DNA from: Candidatus Eremiobacteria bacterium
GTDB taxonomy: Bacteria; Vulcanimicrobiota; Vulcanimicrobiia; Vulcanimicrobiales; Vulcanimicrobiaceae
Direction: 5' to 3'
DNA length: 64,000 bases
Assembly: GCA_963758295.1 (NCBI GenBank)
Contig: CAVWUU010000004.1
Location: forward strand, 1,184,001-1,248,000
The notes under the pieces were generated by a model. That model saw nothing but the letters and a program-made list of their open reading frames with translations. It had not been told where the DNA came from and ran no database searches. A program made the translations under genes and the position numbers. Shown piece after piece: positions 9,145 to 18,188 of the stretch (the first letter of the stretch is position 1; each line of letters opens with the position of its first letter).

Positions 9145-10494
9145 ATGCAGACGCAGATAGACCCAGGCCTTTTCAAGTCGTACGACGTTCGCGGAATATA
9201 TCCGTCACAGCTCAACGACGACATCGCCTATGGCATCGGCCGATGCTTCGTGGCGCTGCTCGGCGCCAAGCGCGTCGTTGTGGGCCGCGACATGCGCCCA
9301 TCGGGCGAAAAGCTCTACGAGGCTTTCGCGCGCGGGGTGACCGACGCCGGGGCCGACGTTACCTATATCGGAATGGTGTCGACCGACGCACTCTATTTCG
9401 CGGTCGGCAAATACGGCTTCGACGGCGGCGTGATGATCACGGCGTCACACAATCCGGCCCAGTACAACGGCATGAAGTTTACGCGCGAGAAAGCCGAGGC
9501 TATTTCGCTCGAAACGGGTCTCGCGCAGATTCGCGATCAACTGACCGGCGGCGAATTGCCGCCCAAGGGCGCCGCGCCCGGAAAGATTGAAGAGCGCGAA
9601 ATTCTCGATGACTTCGCGCAGCATTGTTTGTCGTTCGTCGACGTCGAGAAGATCAAGCCGTTCAAGATCGCGATCGACGCAGGAAACGGCATGGCGGGAG
9701 AAACCGTTCCGCACGTTTTCAAAAACCTTCCATGTGAAGTCGTTCCGCTGTACTTCGAACTCGACGGCACCTTCCCGAACCACCCCGCGAGTCCGATCGA
9801 GCCGGAAAACATGGCCGACCTGCAAACGGCGGTTAGACGGCACGGTTGCGATTTAGGTGTCGCCTTCGACGGCGACGCCGACCGCATGTTCATCGTCGAC
9901 GAAAAAGGCGATCTGATCGACGGCAGCACCGTCACCACTCTTGTGGCGCTGAACACGTTGAAGAAGCACCCGGGCGCGAAGATCCTTTATAATCTCATCT
10001 GCAGCCGTAGCGTTCCGGAGCTGGTGAAGAAAGCCGGAGGGGTTCCGGTTCGCTCGAAGGTCGGCCACTCGATCATCAAGGCCGTGATGCGCGAGGAAGA
10101 CATCGAGTTCGGCGGCGAACACTCCGGCCACTTCTACTTCAAAGAGAACTGGTACGCGGATTCCGGCATGATCGCGCTAATGCAATGTCTCGAGCTCTTT
10201 AGCGAAGCCGGTAAACCGGTCAGCGAAGTCATCGCTCCGATCGATACGCGGTTTCGTTCCGGCGAAATCAACAGCACCGTCAAAGATATTCCGTCGAAGT
10301 TGCAAGAGCTGCAAGACCATTATAAGGACGCGCAGATAGACCACTTGGACGGCGTCACGATTCAGTACCCGAATTGGTGGATGAACGTCCGGCCGTCGAA
10401 TACGGAACCGCTGCTTCGTTTGAACGTCGAAGGCGATACCAAAGAACTCATGGAGCAGCACCGCGACGAGGCCCTGGCGCTGATCCGCTCGTAG
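9145..10494 (+). CDS. manB: Phosphomannomutase/phosphoglucomutase
   Basis: FKSYDVRG, ITASHNP, FDGDADR, GGEHSGH, VRPSNTEP. Confidence 0.92.
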   Translation: MQTQIDPGLFKSYDVRGIYPSQLNDDIAYGIGRCFVALLGAKRVVVGRDMRPSGEKLYEAFARGVTDAGADVTYIGMVSTDALYFAVGKYGFDGGVMITASHNPAQYNGMKFTREKAEAISLETGLAQIRDQLTGGELPPKGAAPGKIEEREILDDFAQHCLSFVDVEKIKPFKIAIDAGNGMAGETVPHVFKNLPCEVVPLYFELDGTFPNHPASPIEPENMADLQTAVRRHGCDLGVAFDGDADRMFIVDEKGDLIDGSTVTTLVALNTLKKHPGAKILYNLICSRSVPELVKKAGGVPVRSKVGHSIIKAVMREEDIEFGGEHSGHFYFKENWYADSGMIALMQCLELFSEAGKPVSEVIAPIDTRFRSGEINSTVKDIPSKLQELQDHYKDAQIDHLDGVTIQYPNWWMNVRPSNTEPLLRLNVEGDTKELMEQHRDEALALIRS

Positions 10495-10503
10495 CGATCC
10501 ACG

Positions 10504-12072
10504 ATGAGCCGGGTAGACACCGATGCAATGCGGCGTTACGAACAAACGCGCGACGGTCTCGTCGCGCGTTTGCTCGCGATTGAGGAGCTCATCGGTGAGG
10601 ACCGACGCAAGACCGTCGCGAGTACGCGCAGCCGTCTTGAGCGTGGAAAATTCGTGCTGGCCGTCGTCGGCGAATTTTCGAGCGGCAAATCATTTCTTCT
10701 CAACGCGCTGCTCGGAAAATTTCGTTACGAAGAAGCCGCCGGCGGACGCAAACAACTCGTTGGGCTCCTTGCCACGGACATCAATCCGTCGACGGCCACA
10801 ATTACCGAACTCGAACATGGCGAAGGGAGCGACGTTGCTACGGCGGTGTACGAAGACGGCCGCAGGGAACGCATTCCGCTCGACCGGCTAAACCGCTTCA
10901 TCGCCGTCGGTTCGGGCGATACCGGCACGATTCACGAAGCAACGAAAGACACGATCGCCACGGCGGGTCAAGTCAGCGATGCACCGCTTCGGGTGGTGGT
11001 GACTACGAATTCACCGTTCCTCGAACGCGGGTTCGTCGTAGCCGATACGCCGGGCTTGGCTTCGATCAATCCGGCGCATCGCAGGGCGACGTTACAGTTT
11101 CTTCCGACGGCCGACGCGGTGCTCTACCTCATCGACACGCAGCAGCCGTTCACCGAAGGCGACGCGTCGTTTCTCGGAATCGTGCGCCAGCACATCGACT
11201 CGATCTTCATCGTGCAAACGAAGATCGATCTGTGGCAGCAGCCTCAAGCAGACGGCAAACCGGCGTGGGAGCACGCCCACGAAAGAATTTCCTCGCTCGC
11301 TGCCGTGCACGCCCCCGGCACGTATGTCTATGCTCTCTCCGCACGCGAGTACGTCGAAGGCATGCTCGCCGATGATGACGCCCGGATTGAAGAGAGCCGG
11401 TTCCCCCGTTTCCTTTCAGCCCTCGATGCCTCTTTGATTCGCCGTACCGGCCGCGCGCGTTTGCGCCGCGCTGCCGAACGCATCGGCGTTGCCGTCGACG
11501 ACGCGCTCACCCAGATAGAAGCCGATCTCGCAATGCTCGCGCTCGACGACACGGCGCTGGCGGCCAAGCGCGAAGAAGTCGTCCCGGCGTTGCAGCAGCT
11601 CGACGTGCGCGCCCGCGAAGAACGCAACGCTTTGCTCGCCGCCGGAAATTCCGTTCGCTCCAGAACGTACGAACGCGGTGCGCACTTAAGCGACGATCTG
11701 GAACGCGCACTCGGACAGGCGTTCGACACGGCGGACGTTGCAAAACTGCGCGATCGCGCGCGGCTGCACATTATCGTCGATCGCGTCATGGCTCACGTGG
11801 TGCAAGACTTTGCCGAACGCGAAGCTTCCGATTTGCGAGACGATCTCGATGCGTCATTGCAGCGGGTGCGTGCGGGAATTCCCCTGCGATTCTCACCGAA
11901 CGATGCAGCCGCGACCGCCTTCGGGTCCGAGCCGGGGACCAGTCTCTGGAACGGCGATCTTTGCGAAGCCATTGCCGCGACGATCGTGCTTGACGCGATC
12001 GGAGGTCCGGCGATCGGTCTCGTGCACAGCATGTCGGCACGATTCACGAGCGCCCGCCGGGCCAGTACATGA
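10504..12072 (+). CDS. Bacterial dynamin-like GTPase, N-terminal part (probably one gene with the next ORF, frameshift near 12054)
   Basis: G1 GEFSSGKS, G2 NPST, G3 DTPG, G4 TKID, then helical stalk and a hydrophobic tip. Confidence 0.85.
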   Translation: MSRVDTDAMRRYEQTRDGLVARLLAIEELIGEDRRKTVASTRSRLERGKFVLAVVGEFSSGKSFLLNALLGKFRYEEAAGGRKQLVGLLATDINPSTATITELEHGEGSDVATAVYEDGRRERIPLDRLNRFIAVGSGDTGTIHEATKDTIATAGQVSDAPLRVVVTTNSPFLERGFVVADTPGLASINPAHRRATLQFLPTADAVLYLIDTQQPFTEGDASFLGIVRQHIDSIFIVQTKIDLWQQPQADGKPAWEHAHERISSLAAVHAPGTYVYALSAREYVEGMLADDDARIEESRFPRFLSALDASLIRRTGRARLRRAAERIGVAVDDALTQIEADLAMLALDDTALAAKREEVVPALQQLDVRAREERNALLAAGNSVRSRTYERGAHLSDDLERALGQAFDTADVAKLRDRARLHIIVDRVMAHVVQDFAEREASDLRDDLDASLQRVRAGIPLRFSPNDAAATAFGSEPGTSLWNGDLCEAIAATIVLDAIGGPAIGLVHSMSARFTSARRAST

Positions 12073-13259
12073 AGCGCGAGATGGTTGCCGACTTGCGCAC
12101 GGACATCTTTCCGCGCTTTGCCGTTGAGGTGCAAGCCTTCGCCGAACGCATCGGCGCGCGATTGCAACGCGTTTACGACGAGCTTGCGCAAGCAGTCGCC
12201 GCCGCTGCCGTGGAACGGCGCGACTCCGAGGCGGGCAGCATCGATCGGGCCCTCGAGGCTCAACGCAATAGTCGCACCGTCGAAGTGCGCGCGACGCTCG
12301 ACGCGCGCCGTCAAGGATTGCGAACGGAGCTGGATGGGGCAAACGCCGTCGTGCAGTCGTTCATGGAACGCGAGGAAGAAATTGCGCCCTCCGACGCCGG
12401 GTCTGCGGTCGTACGCATGGCGCACGCCGATGCGTCGTTCGATCCGAACGCTTACGAAGGCGGCCTTCGTCCATCGCGCTGGCGCGTAGCGGTCCTTGGA
12501 GCCTTGCGGCGCGGAAAGAGCAGCCTGATCAACGCCTTTGCCGGGAGGACGGTGCTTACCGACGACATCGCCGGCAGCGTCCGCTTTCCGGTGCACGTTC
12601 GTTACGGCGAAAGAGAACAGGCTTTCGCACTTTCGGAAAGCGGGGAATGGCGGGAAATCGCATTCGAAAACGCGACCGCCGAGGCCGCGCAATCGCCCGT
12701 GCTTCTTCTGGTGCCGTGGTCCTTGCCACGCGAACTGGTGCTCGTACACGCGCCGGCTTTTGATTCCGGCGATTCCAACGCGGAAGACGTGAACGTAGTC
12801 GCGGCGTCGCACGCAAGCGAAATCTTGTGCCTCTTCTCGCGCCAGCTTTCCGATCGCGAGCTTTCTTTGTACGAGCGCATTGCTGAGTTCAACAAGCCGA
12901 TGCTTTTCGCGCATACGATAGCTGACAACGAAGCTCCGAGCGAGCGGCGGAATGTCGTAGAACTGGCACAGCAGTATCTCAAGGAACGCAACATTCACGC
13001 GGAGCGCATCTTCGTCGTGTCATCGTACGAATTCGAACAAGCCAAGGGTGAGCAACGCGCGCCGGCGGGATGGAATGAAACCGAAGCGCTCCGTTGGACG
13101 CTTGAAGGGCATGCAGAGGCGCACATGGCGCGGCTCGAACGCCTTGCGCGTGCGAGCAGCGAACAAACGGCAACACAGAGCATGCAGGGCAGCGAACCCG
13201 TACCCGCAGCACAGGAGCGACCCAGCTTTCTCAGACGGCTTTTCGGCAAGGGGCGCTAA
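12069..13259 (+). CDS. Dynamin-like protein, C-terminal part: stalk helices plus a second, degenerate GTPase domain
   Basis: VAVLGALRRGKSSLINA P-loop; G3 appears as HAPA and G4 as TIAD; IFVVSS. Confidence 0.75.
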   Translation: MKREMVADLRTDIFPRFAVEVQAFAERIGARLQRVYDELAQAVAAAAVERRDSEAGSIDRALEAQRNSRTVEVRATLDARRQGLRTELDGANAVVQSFMEREEEIAPSDAGSAVVRMAHADASFDPNAYEGGLRPSRWRVAVLGALRRGKSSLINAFAGRTVLTDDIAGSVRFPVHVRYGEREQAFALSESGEWREIAFENATAEAAQSPVLLLVPWSLPRELVLVHAPAFDSGDSNAEDVNVVAASHASEILCLFSRQLSDRELSLYERIAEFNKPMLFAHTIADNEAPSERRNVVELAQQYLKERNIHAERIFVVSSYEFEQAKGEQRAPAGWNETEALRWTLEGHAEAHMARLERLARASSEQTATQSMQGSEPVPAAQERPSFLRRLFGKGR

Positions 13260-13309
13260 CCTCGGGCGCGTCGAACCAAGGCAGCCGGATCACCAAAGGG
13301 AGGCTTCCC

Positions 13310-14467
13310 ACGTCTACCACTACGACGCTTGGACCTGCGTTGATTGCCGTCGGTGACGGCAGCTCGACCTTCGGTCGCTTAGCAATCGATCACGGCCGAA
13401 TCTCCGCCGTACTTCCCGCCGATGGCCCTTCCGATTTACCGTTACCGCCAAAGAGCAGCATCGCTCCCGGTTTAATCGACGTTCATACGAACGGCGCCGG
13501 CGAAGCCTTGTTCAATCGCGATCAGGGCAATGCGGTCTCGGTAGCGGCGACCGAGTACGCCCGCATGGGCGCGACGGGCTTTCTCGCGAGCATTATGACG
13601 GCGCCGTTCGAATCGATGTTGCACGCGGCGTCGGAAGTGGTCGACGCGGCACACGATTTGGAAGAGGACGGACCGCGCGGAGCGCGATGCTTGGGGGTCC
13701 ACTTCGAAGGACCGTTTCTCAATCCGAAGTTCCGTCGTGTCCATCGCAACGAATGGCTGGTTCCTGCATCGGCTGCACGTGCAAAAGAGATGATCGACGC
13801 CTGCAAAGGCGGCTGCCTTATGGTGACGATGGCGCCCGAAGTTGACGGCGCTGCCGACGCAATGCGCGTATTCCTTGAACACGGCGTCGTCTGTTCGGCG
13901 GGACACACGTCCGCGCGCTACCGGGAAGGCATGCTTGCAATCGGGCTAGGCTTCCGTTCGCTCACCCACGCGTTCAACGGCATGCCGCCGCTGGATCATC
14001 GCGATCCCTCGATCCTCGCAGCCTTCATTCAAGATCGGCGCACCATGGTCCAAGTAATCGCCGACGGCATCCACGTCTCGCCGGTGATGGTCGACATTCT
14101 CTACCGCACGCTCGGCGATCGTATCGTGCTCGCCACCGACAATATGCCGCCGGCGGATCCTAGCTATTACATTGAAGGCGGCGTGATGCGCGCGTCGGAC
14201 GGAACGATCGCCGGCAGCGCCCTTCGCATCGATCAAGCGGTGCGAAATTATATGTCGTACGCCGACATTTCGTTCCCGCAGGCCGTGGTCGCCGCGACGC
14301 ACGCGCCGGCGCGCTTAATCGGCGCCGACAGCGAGATGGGGCGCATCGCTCCCGGCATGCGCGCGGACCTTTCGTTCTGGGACGACGATTTCGAGATTAT
14401 GGGAACGATGGTCGCCGGCACGATGGTGCACGGATTCGTCGCCGGAGCGACGACGCTGGCGTCATGA
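13310..14467 (+). CDS. nagA: N-acetylglucosamine-6-phosphate deacetylase (ACG at 13310 behind a strong SD; ORF track starts at TTG 13340)
   Basis: PGLIDVHTNG, GVHFEGPFLN, MAPE, SAGHT, THAFNGM, ADGIHV, TIAGS. Confidence 0.88.
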   Translation, partial: TSTTTTLGPALIAVGDGSSTFGRLAIDHGRISAVLPADGPSDLPLPPKSSIAPGLIDVHTNGAGEALFNRDQGNAVSVAATEYARMGATGFLASIMTAPFESMLHAASEVVDAAHDLEEDGPRGARCLGVHFEGPFLNPKFRRVHRNEWLVPASAARAKEMIDACKGGCLMVTMAPEVDGAADAMRVFLEHGVVCSAGHTSARYREGMLAIGLGFRSLTHAFNGMPPLDHRDPSILAAFIQDRRTMVQVIADGIHVSPVMVDILYRTLGDRIVLATDNMPPADPSYYIEGGVMRASDGTIAGSALRIDQAVRNYMSYADISFPQAVVAATHAPARLIGADSEMGRIAPGMRADLSFWDDDFEIMGTMVAGTMVHGFVAGATTLAS

Positions 14468-15741
14468 GCGCCGTCGCCGATCGTATGCTCGGGCGCAACG
14501 AAGCGCTGCTTGAAGCGATCTTCGGCGACAAGTTCTTGAACGGGTTCGACGTGCGGTTTTGGGACGGAACGTTGCTTCCGAGCCGCACGTCGGAGCGCCG
14601 TTTCACCCTCCTCGTGAACGGTCCCGGCGCCTTGCGTGAAGCATTTTCGCCGCCCGCCGATTTGCACGCCGGACGCGCGTTTGTCGAAGGCTCCCTCGAC
14701 GTTGAAGGCAGCGTCGAAGCGGCGATCGCCATGCTGAAGGTCGCGAACGATTCGCGCAGCAACGCGCAGACGCTACGAATTCTGTACTTGTTGAACCGGC
14801 TTCCACGCGCAAACGGCCGTCAAGCCAAGAACGGGCAAGCGCATCTGGCCGGTTCCGAACATTCCAAGGAGCGCGACCGCGCCGCAATTTCGCATCACTA
14901 CGACCACCCGGTCGAATTTTACGCGGCGTTCTTGGATCCGCAGCTCGTCTATTCGTGCGCGTACTACGACGACGGGGCGGCGACGCTTGCCGAGGCCCAA
15001 GAGGCGAAGCTCCGGCATATCTTGCGCAAACTGCGCGTAGAACCGGGGATGTCTTTTCTCGACATCGGCTGCGGCTGGGGATCGCTCGTCATTGCGGCGG
15101 CTCGTGCCGGCGCAAACGCCTTCGGCATCACGCTAAGCCGCGTGCAATATGAAACGGCAAAGCGGCGAATCGAAGAACTGGGCTTGAGCGATCGTGCATC
15201 GGTGGAATTCCTCGATTACCGCGACCTCGGCGGCCGGCATTTCGATCGCATTGCAAGCATCGGCATGGTGGAACACGTCGGACTCGCCAATCTTCCGCTG
15301 TACTTCAAGATCGCATTCGATGCGCTGCGTCCCGGCGGGCTGTTTCTCAATCACGGCATTTCCGAACAGAGTCCCGGACGCAAAGGCGGCCGGCAAGATG
15401 GATTCATCGACCGCTACGTATTCCCCGACGGCGAGCTGGTCGCAATCGGAAGGAGTCTCGCAATTGCGGAGATCGCCGGTTTCGAAGTGCGCGACGTCGA
15501 GAACCTGCGAGAGCACTACGCGCGCACGCTTCGGGACTGGGTTGCCAATCTGGAAACCAACGCTGCGCATGCGCAATCGGTCGCCGGAATGGAAGCCTAT
15601 CGTGTCTGGCGTTTATACATGTCGGCAAGCGCGACGGCATTTGCATCGGGAACGATCGGCATCTATCAGTCGCTGCTGGCGCGTCCCGACGCGCGAGGCT
15701 TTGTCGACATTCCGGCGACGCGCGCCGACGTCTACCGGTAA
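14464..15741 (+). CDS. cfa: Cyclopropane-fatty-acyl-phospholipid synthase family methyltransferase
   Basis: AISHHYD, YSCAYY, LDIGCGWG, SIGMVEHVG, FIDRYVFPDGEL, HYARTL. Confidence 0.9.
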   Translation: MSAVADRMLGRNEALLEAIFGDKFLNGFDVRFWDGTLLPSRTSERRFTLLVNGPGALREAFSPPADLHAGRAFVEGSLDVEGSVEAAIAMLKVANDSRSNAQTLRILYLLNRLPRANGRQAKNGQAHLAGSEHSKERDRAAISHHYDHPVEFYAAFLDPQLVYSCAYYDDGAATLAEAQEAKLRHILRKLRVEPGMSFLDIGCGWGSLVIAAARAGANAFGITLSRVQYETAKRRIEELGLSDRASVEFLDYRDLGGRHFDRIASIGMVEHVGLANLPLYFKIAFDALRPGGLFLNHGISEQSPGRKGGRQDGFIDRYVFPDGELVAIGRSLAIAEIAGFEVRDVENLREHYARTLRDWVANLETNAAHAQSVAGMEAYRVWRLYMSASATAFASGTIGIYQSLLARPDARGFVDIPATRADVYR

Positions 15742-15767
15742 AATCTGCCTACGGTTTGCGCGAGCCG

Positions 15768-16460
15768 CTACAGGCGTGCTTCGACCAGTTCCGTGGAGTC
15801 CGCTAACCGGCCGTCGAGCAGGCCGATCGTTCGACGCGCATAGCGGGCGAAGCGGCGGTCGTGGGTGACCATGATGATCGTGGATCCCCCTTCGTGCAAC
15901 TCGGCCAGCAATTCCATCACCGCTTCGCCGTGTTTGCTATCGAGATTGCCGGTGGGTTCGTCGGCCAACAGCACCGACGGGTTCCCCGCCAACGCGCGCG
16001 CAACGGCAACGCGTTGTTGCTGTCCGCCCGAAAGCTGCGCGGGATAGTGTCTGGCACGATGGTCGACGTTGACCCGCTCCAGGACTTCGGCCACGCGCCG
16101 CTTGCGTTCGCCTTTGGTGACGCCCCGGTAAATCAGCGGTAATTCGACGTTTTCCTCGACCGTGAGATCGCCGATCAAATTGAAGTTTTGGAAAATGAAG
16201 CCGATTTCGCGATTGCGGATTGCCGCGCGATCTCCGGCCGAAAGCTTTTCCACCGCATGGCCGTTAAGCACGTAGCTGCCCTGCGATGGCGTATCCAGCA
16301 GCCCGATGATCGAAAGCAATGTCGACTTTCCGCACCCGGACGGCCCTTCGATAGAAACGTACTCGCCACGCTCGATCGAGAACGAGACGTCGCGTAACGC
16401 GCGCGTTTCAACTTCGTCCGTGACGTAGGTTTTGCCGATTCCATCGAGACTCAAGAGCAT
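15768..16460 (-). CDS. MacB/LolD-type ABC ATP-binding protein
   Basis: GPSGCGKST, IGFIFQNFNLI, LSGGQQQRVA, ADEPTGNLD. Confidence 0.93.
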   Translation of the reverse strand: MLLSLDGIGKTYVTDEVETRALRDVSFSIERGEYVSIEGPSGCGKSTLLSIIGLLDTPSQGSYVLNGHAVEKLSAGDRAAIRNREIGFIFQNFNLIGDLTVEENVELPLIYRGVTKGERKRRVAEVLERVNVDHRARHYPAQLSGGQQQRVAVARALAGNPSVLLADEPTGNLDSKHGEAVMELLAELHEGGSTIIMVTHDRRFARYARRTIGLLDGRLADSTELVEARL

Positions 16461-16475
16461 GAGCGTGCCTTTCGA

Positions 16476-17774
16476 TCAGTGTAGGCGCAAGACGGGCTGC
16501 CCGCCATACGCCGAGGTGTCGGAGACGATGACCGTATCGCCGGGGCTGATGCCGGATAAAACCTGAACGCGATCGGCCGAACCGCGGCCGAGATGGACGT
16601 CTACGAGCTGCGCGTGAATGCGATCGGGCGAGATTTTATATAAATTGACGGTCGTGTTATCGGCCGCGCCCGCCGGCCGGGCGATTGAAATCGCGTTGTC
16701 GATGCGTTCCAAATCGACAACTCCGTCGACGTTCAAGTCAGGACGCGATCCCGGCGGCAACGCGCGCGTGAAATCGACGTCGACCGCAACGCTTCCGTTT
16801 TGCGCCGCCGGCGCAATGCGGGCGACGCTACCCGTAACGGTTCCGTTCCCCGTGTCGATTCGAGCCGGCATGCCGACGGCGATGTCGTGCACCTGGCCTT
16901 CGGCGACTTGCAGTACCGCTTTGAGCGAACGCTGATCCGCAACGCGGGCAAGTTCCGTTCCCGCGCTCACCTGCGCGCCGGGATCGACGGCGACCGACTG
17001 CACCACTCCTCCCGAACGAGCTCGGACAATCAACGCGGAAACTTGCGCTTCTTTTGCCTGCAGCGTCGCGGCCGCTTCGTCGACTTGCGCTTGCGCCTGG
17101 GCGATTTTCGCGTCTTGGTTTGCAGAATCAACGGAAACTTGCGAGCGGGAAATTTCGACTTGGCGCTGGGACTGCTGGGCTTTGATCTGCGCGATGCGAA
17201 ACGTGGTGTCGGCGACCCAGCCGCTGCGATGCAGCTCGCGAAGCGACGAGACGTTGGTGACGTCTTCCTGCATCTGCGCCTGTGCGCCGGCTAGCGACGA
17301 CTGCTGCGTAAGGGACGCAGATTTAGCTTCTTGTTGCGCGCTTACGAGCTGCGCTTGGGCGACTTGCAGAGCGGAGCGGGCCGCGACGACCGATGCGTCG
17401 AGATCGGGGTTCGACAGCTGCGCGATCGCCGTGCCCGAAGCGACGGTAGCACCCGGCTTCACAAAGACTTGCTCCACCACGCCCGGCTGCTCGACGGAAA
17501 CGACGCGGATCTCTTCGGAAACGAGCGTGCCCGCTGCCGAGATCGACCGCATCAGCGTCCCGCGCGTTGCAACGTCGGTTACGATAGTCGCGCGATCTAC
17601 CGCTACGCCGCCGGGCCCCGCATGCGAAAGCGAATACGCCGAAAAACCGACAGCAACGAGCAGCACGATGACGACGATTGCAGCAAGTGCACCGCGCGGC
17701 ACCGAGCGTTTCTTTTCGCGAACGACGTCCATGCCGCCCGGAGGCGCGACCGGCCGGGGGCCTAGCGTTTTCAC
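16476..17774 (-). CDS. HlyD/MacA-type periplasmic adaptor (membrane fusion protein)
   Basis: N-terminal TM, lipoyl halves flanking a long Gln/Ala coiled coil, C-terminal VQVLSGISPGDTVIVS. Confidence 0.9.
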   Translation of the reverse strand: MKTLGPRPVAPPGGMDVVREKKRSVPRGALAAIVVIVLLVAVGFSAYSLSHAGPGGVAVDRATIVTDVATRGTLMRSISAAGTLVSEEIRVVSVEQPGVVEQVFVKPGATVASGTAIAQLSNPDLDASVVAARSALQVAQAQLVSAQQEAKSASLTQQSSLAGAQAQMQEDVTNVSSLRELHRSGWVADTTFRIAQIKAQQSQRQVEISRSQVSVDSANQDAKIAQAQAQVDEAAATLQAKEAQVSALIVRARSGGVVQSVAVDPGAQVSAGTELARVADQRSLKAVLQVAEGQVHDIAVGMPARIDTGNGTVTGSVARIAPAAQNGSVAVDVDFTRALPPGSRPDLNVDGVVDLERIDNAISIARPAGAADNTTVNLYKISPDRIHAQLVDVHLGRGSADRVQVLSGISPGDTVIVSDTSAYGGQPVLRLH

Positions 17775-18125
17775 TTAAGCGAACGATCCGAACGAAAGCA
17801 GTTTACGATCTTGCGCCTTGCGAACGGCGCTTGCCAGACGTTCGGCTTCGGCGCGCGCAATGCGGCGGCCCCATGGCGCCAGCTTGTAATAGCGCCGGCG
17901 CGGATCTTCGGGGTCCACTTTGTGGACTTCGGAAATCCATCCGTCGGCCACCATCTGCTTGATGATGCGATAAAGCGTGCCGGGTCCCAGGCGCACGGCG
18001 CCCCCGGTCTCTTCTTCCACCTCTTTGCTGATGCTGTAACCGTGGCGTTCGCCCTCGGCCAGCGCAAGCAAAATGTAGAACGAGCTCGCCCCGAGCGGAA
18101 GGAACTCCTCAACGCCTGCAGTCAT
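17775..18125 (-). CDS. PadR-family transcriptional regulator (paralogue 1)
   Basis: FYILLALAEGERHGY.I, LGPGTLY, DPRRRYY.L...GR; ATG at 18125 after a GGAG SD. Confidence 0.92.
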   Translation of the reverse strand: MTAGVEEFLPLGASSFYILLALAEGERHGYSISKEVEEETGGAVRLGPGTLYRIIKQMVADGWISEVHKVDPEDPRRRYYKLAPWGRRIARAEAERLASAVRKAQDRKLLSFGSFA

Positions 18126-18143
18126 GATGATGCCCGTCTCCCC

Positions 18144-18164
18144 ATATATCCATTTCAGATATAT
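18144..18164. promoter_or_regulatory. Candidate PadR operator ATATATC-N7-GATATAT
   Basis: Perfect AT-rich inverted repeat just upstream of padR1; same geometry recurs before the other two padR genes. Confidence 0.75.
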
Positions 18165-18188
18165 CAATAGCGGATGGAGAAGTCAAGG

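Noticed and set aside
11793..12998. 401-aa minus-strand ORF
   Set aside because: Antisense to the dynamin-like gene; no motifs
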